DNA of 64,000 nucleotides from Candidatus Nanopelagicales bacterium (GTDB lineage Bacteria; Actinomycetota; Actinomycetes; S36-B12; UBA10799): NCBI GenBank assembly GCA_041393775.1, contig JAWKJM010000003.1, positions 30,811 to 94,810 of the forward strand, read 5' to 3'. Shown piece by piece: positions 61,674 to 64,000 of this stretch (position 1 is its first letter; each line of letters starts with the position of its first letter). The notes under the pieces were generated by a model. It saw only the letters and a program-made list of their open reading frames with translations, ran no database searches and was not told where the DNA came from. The position numbers and the translations under genes were made by a program.

Positions 61674-62483
61674 CTATGCCCCCCGGGCCCGGATGTAGTC
61701 GGTGAGGTCGGCGTTCCACACGATCTCGTCGAGGCTCAGCCGCAGCCACGGGCGGGGCTGATCGGCCCACTGCACCGAGACGACGGCCGGCACCCCTATC
61801 CCCTGGACACGCGTCCAGGCGTGGACCCGGTTCACCCACCGGATGGGTTCGGGATCTGCGGCGTCGCGCCAACGGATCGCCTCGAACCGGTCCAGCAGAC
61901 CGGTCTTGGCGTCGAAGTACCCGGTCAGCGCATCGGGGCCGTCGGCCTGCGGCACGACCATCCGGGCGGTCTGGTCGGCCACCGCCTCCCAGCGCGCCCT
62001 GGGGTCGACCAGAGCAGAAGGCAGCCACAGGTACTCGCCCCACATCCCGATGTTCGCGGCGCGGTCGACGTTCGGCTCGCCCTCGGTGACGCCGAACGGC
62101 AGGTCGAGTTTCGCGTGGCCGTCGAGATACCACTCCTCGCCGGTCATGACCCGCTGCCCGAAGGCGGTGATCTCGAAGTAGTGCCGGTACCCCTGTCCGA
62201 CGACCTGGCTGAAGCGCCACCGGCCGGGCAGTTGCACGCCCTTCATCCGCATCGTCAGCCGGCCGCCGAACACCGCTGTGCGCGTGTCGGGCAAATGCGG
62301 CCCCGCGACGACGTCGAGGTACCTGGCCACCGGCGCCGGCAGTCCCGGCGGGATGCTGACATGGTCGAACTCCGTGGTTCCACCACCGAACGGCGGTAGC
62401 GCGTCAGGCATCCGCTGCAAGCCTTTGCGCAAGGCAAACGCACCGGCACCGGCAGCCACTCCCGCGGCGATCCACCCTCTCAT
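61674..62483 (-). CDS. Hypothetical protein with N-terminal anchor (possibly DUF6544-like), 269 aa
   Basis: The N-terminus MRGWIAAGVAAGAGAFAL is hydrophobic. Coding GC3 bias is present. The family name is a weak recollection only. Confidence 0.55.
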   Translation of the reverse strand: MRGWIAAGVAAGAGAFALRKGLQRMPDALPPFGGGTTEFDHVSIPPGLPAPVARYLDVVAGPHLPDTRTAVFGGRLTMRMKGVQLPGRWRFSQVVGQGYRHYFEITAFGQRVMTGEEWYLDGHAKLDLPFGVTEGEPNVDRAANIGMWGEYLWLPSALVDPRARWEAVADQTARMVVPQADGPDALTGYFDAKTGLLDRFEAIRWRDAADPEPIRWVNRVHAWTRVQGIGVPAVVSVQWADQPRPWLRLSLDEIVWNADLTDYIRARGA

Positions 62484-62495
62484 GCCCTCAGCCTC

Positions 62496-64000
62496 TCACC
62501 TTCCGGGAATTCCCATTTCGACCTGTCGCACGCACCCTGTCACCTGCACCGGCTCGAGCGGCCCCGCAGGGGGGAAAACGTAGACCTCGGGCCCGGTGAC
62601 TCCCTGCACTCGCGCGCCCGGTTCCAGCAGCAACCGTGCCACCCGTACGCCTGCATCGAGTCCAGGGAGCGGGACCGCCCCGCATTGCAGATCCTCCGAA
62701 GTCACCAGCGGCGTGAACCGCAGGGGTCCGACCCGGCCCGACTCGTCCACCTGCACCGGCGCCGCTGCCAGTTCGGGGAAGTCGTACGGCCGCGCGCCCA
62801 CTTGCAACAGGGTGCGCGTCGTCCCGAGCTCGTAGACCGGGTCCGTCGTGGTGAAGAAGAAGTGCGCCAGCATCTGCGGCGGGCTCGGGGTCGCGGCCAT
62901 CTGCGCCCCGCGGTCGACCCGATGGGCATCGGCCAGCCACTGGCGGCCGGGGTCCTCGGGCACGCCCAGGCGCCACATGCTCCACGACCCCAGCACCGCC
63001 AGCCCGAGCGCCAACGCGACCGCCGGACGCCATTTGAGGGTCACGGACCCAAGCCCCGCCAACAGGACCGTCCCGGCGACGAGGGTGAAGCGAGGATCGG
63101 CCGCGAACCGGGCGCCGGCGAAACCGCCGCGCAGGGCTACGAAGGACAACACCTCGACCAGGAACACCGCGAGGAAGGCCGCCGCGATGATCAGCGTGCG
63201 GCGGGGCTGCGTTGACAGACCGACCAGCAACACCAGCATCCAGACCGTGAGCACGGCCAACCCCCACAACCCGACGCTGACCGGCACCAGCGGGCGTCCG
63301 TCGAAAGGCAACCACCCCAGAACCGACCGCAACACCGAACCCGGTCCGGCATACCACAGCGCACCGGGGACGCTGGTTCCTCCGGCACGCCCTGGCAAGC
63401 CGTCCCCGATCCGCAGGAACAATGCAGCGGCGGTGACCGCGAGCAGCACGATCCACGACGCCCGGTTGTCACGCCACGCCCGACCTGGCGTGTACATCCA
63501 GGCGATCGCGAACAGGACGGGCATGAGGTAGACCGCCCGCTCGTGGAATCCCCACGCGAGCGCGGCGAGCAGCCCGACGGCCCAAGGCGTCCAGCGCCCC
63601 GGTTTCGCCAGTAGCGATCCGGCCGTGAAGAGCAGAGCGAGCGGAATCGTCTCCAGGCCGGCCGATAGCCACTGTTGGGGCACGAGCGTGGCGGGCCAGG
63701 CAGCGAACAGGATGGCGGTCGACGCGGTTGCCGGCGTCACCCCACCCCAGCGGCGGAGCATGAGCCAGAACATCACCGTGGTCGCGACCGCGACGACGCT
63801 GAGGACCACGGCGGCCGGCCACCAAACCTGCGGGGCCGCCCGCGCCAGCAACCATTGCACCGCGAAACTGGCCGGCTCCCGATGGCCGTTCCAGTTCTGC
63901 CACACCAAGTCGCCGTTCCACGCCGTCCAGATGTGGATGTAGTCGTCCTGCCAGAAGAAGCTGCCCCAGATCACCCACAGGCGCACGCCACAGGTGGCCG
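62496..64000 (-). CDS. Polytopic integral membrane protein (GT-C-like), N-terminus probably beyond window end
   Basis: The frame stays open upstream of the GTG at 63986 to the window edge (...ATCGVRLWVIWGSFFWQDDYIH). There are more than 10 hydrophobic segments, followed by a ~130-aa C-terminal soluble part. Confidence 0.6.
   Translation of the reverse strand, partial: ATCGVRLWVIWGSFFWQDDYIHIWTAWNGDLVWQNWNGHREPASFAVQWLLARAAPQVWWPAAVVLSVVAVATTVMFWLMLRRWGGVTPATASTAILFAAWPATLVPQQWLSAGLETIPLALLFTAGSLLAKPGRWTPWAVGLLAALAWGFHERAVYLMPVLFAIAWMYTPGRAWRDNRASWIVLLAVTAAALFLRIGDGLPGRAGGTSVPGALWYAGPGSVLRSVLGWLPFDGRPLVPVSVGLWGLAVLTVWMLVLLVGLSTQPRRTLIIAAAFLAVFLVEVLSFVALRGGFAGARFAADPRFTLVAGTVLLAGLGSVTLKWRPAVALALGLAVLGSWSMWRLGVPEDPGRQWLADAHRVDRGAQMAATPSPPQMLAHFFFTTTDPVYELGTTRTLLQVGARPYDFPELAAAPVQVDESGRVGPLRFTPLVTSEDLQCGAVPLPGLDAGVRVARLLLEPGARVQGVTGPEVYVFPPAGPLEPVQVTGCVRQVEMGIPGR

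Noticed and set aside
58591-62220. 1209-aa minus-strand ORF running across the dehalogenase, the tandem repeat, the ALDH and the next gene
   Set aside because: It crosses several independently supported genes on both strands as well as non-coding repeats. It has extreme Arg/Gly/Pro content and is an artefact of high GC.

Overview
This is a high-GC, actinobacterial-type chromosomal segment, densely coding on both strands. Long antisense shadow ORFs are everywhere in the six-frame track and were ignored. All family names come from motif recognition by eye; no database search was run. (1) nt 1-16.6 kb holds a phage-tail-like contractile injection system (eCIS/CIS) locus built from two convergent, translationally coupled modules. 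The + strand carries baseplate and fibre genes: two baseplate-J-like proteins, a P2 gpI-like protein, and a DUF6519-type fibre with Ig-like modules and a C-terminal PASTA domain. The - strand carries sheath, tube, two small proteins, a DUF4255 terminator-like protein, an AAA+ ATPase and a DUF4157 metallopeptidase-like putative cargo. Upstream of the sheath gene lie a 68-bp four-box palindrome, a zinc-ribbon membrane protein and a secreted seven-blade Vgb-like propeller protein. (2) nt 20.0-26.0 kb is a tightly packed four-gene operon: CHAT protease, serine alpha/beta-hydrolase, helical protein, helical-repeat CHAT protease. This is my top candidate for an undescribed caspase-like conflict or cell-death module. 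A low-GC Lys-rich secreted protein follows it. (3) The rest is a mix of accessory and metabolic genes. They include polytopic membrane proteins, a VOC protein, a frameshifted M1 aminopeptidase, hydrolases, an LMW phosphatase and an ERCC4-nuclease/Lsr2-DNA-binding fusion. Further on are a TPP-enzyme/epimerase/SDR/BASS-transporter operon, def, a sugar-acid or cyclitol-type catabolic operon, an MFS transporter, a Zn-ADH and an FMO. The right end has a DUF559-like gene flanked by hairpin repeats, a MoxR-VWA pair, WS/DGAT, redox proteins, a haloalkane dehalogenase and an ALDH. I recognised no rRNA, tRNA, CRISPR array, transposase or integrase. Several families of intergenic palindromic or tandem repeats are present and are described separately.
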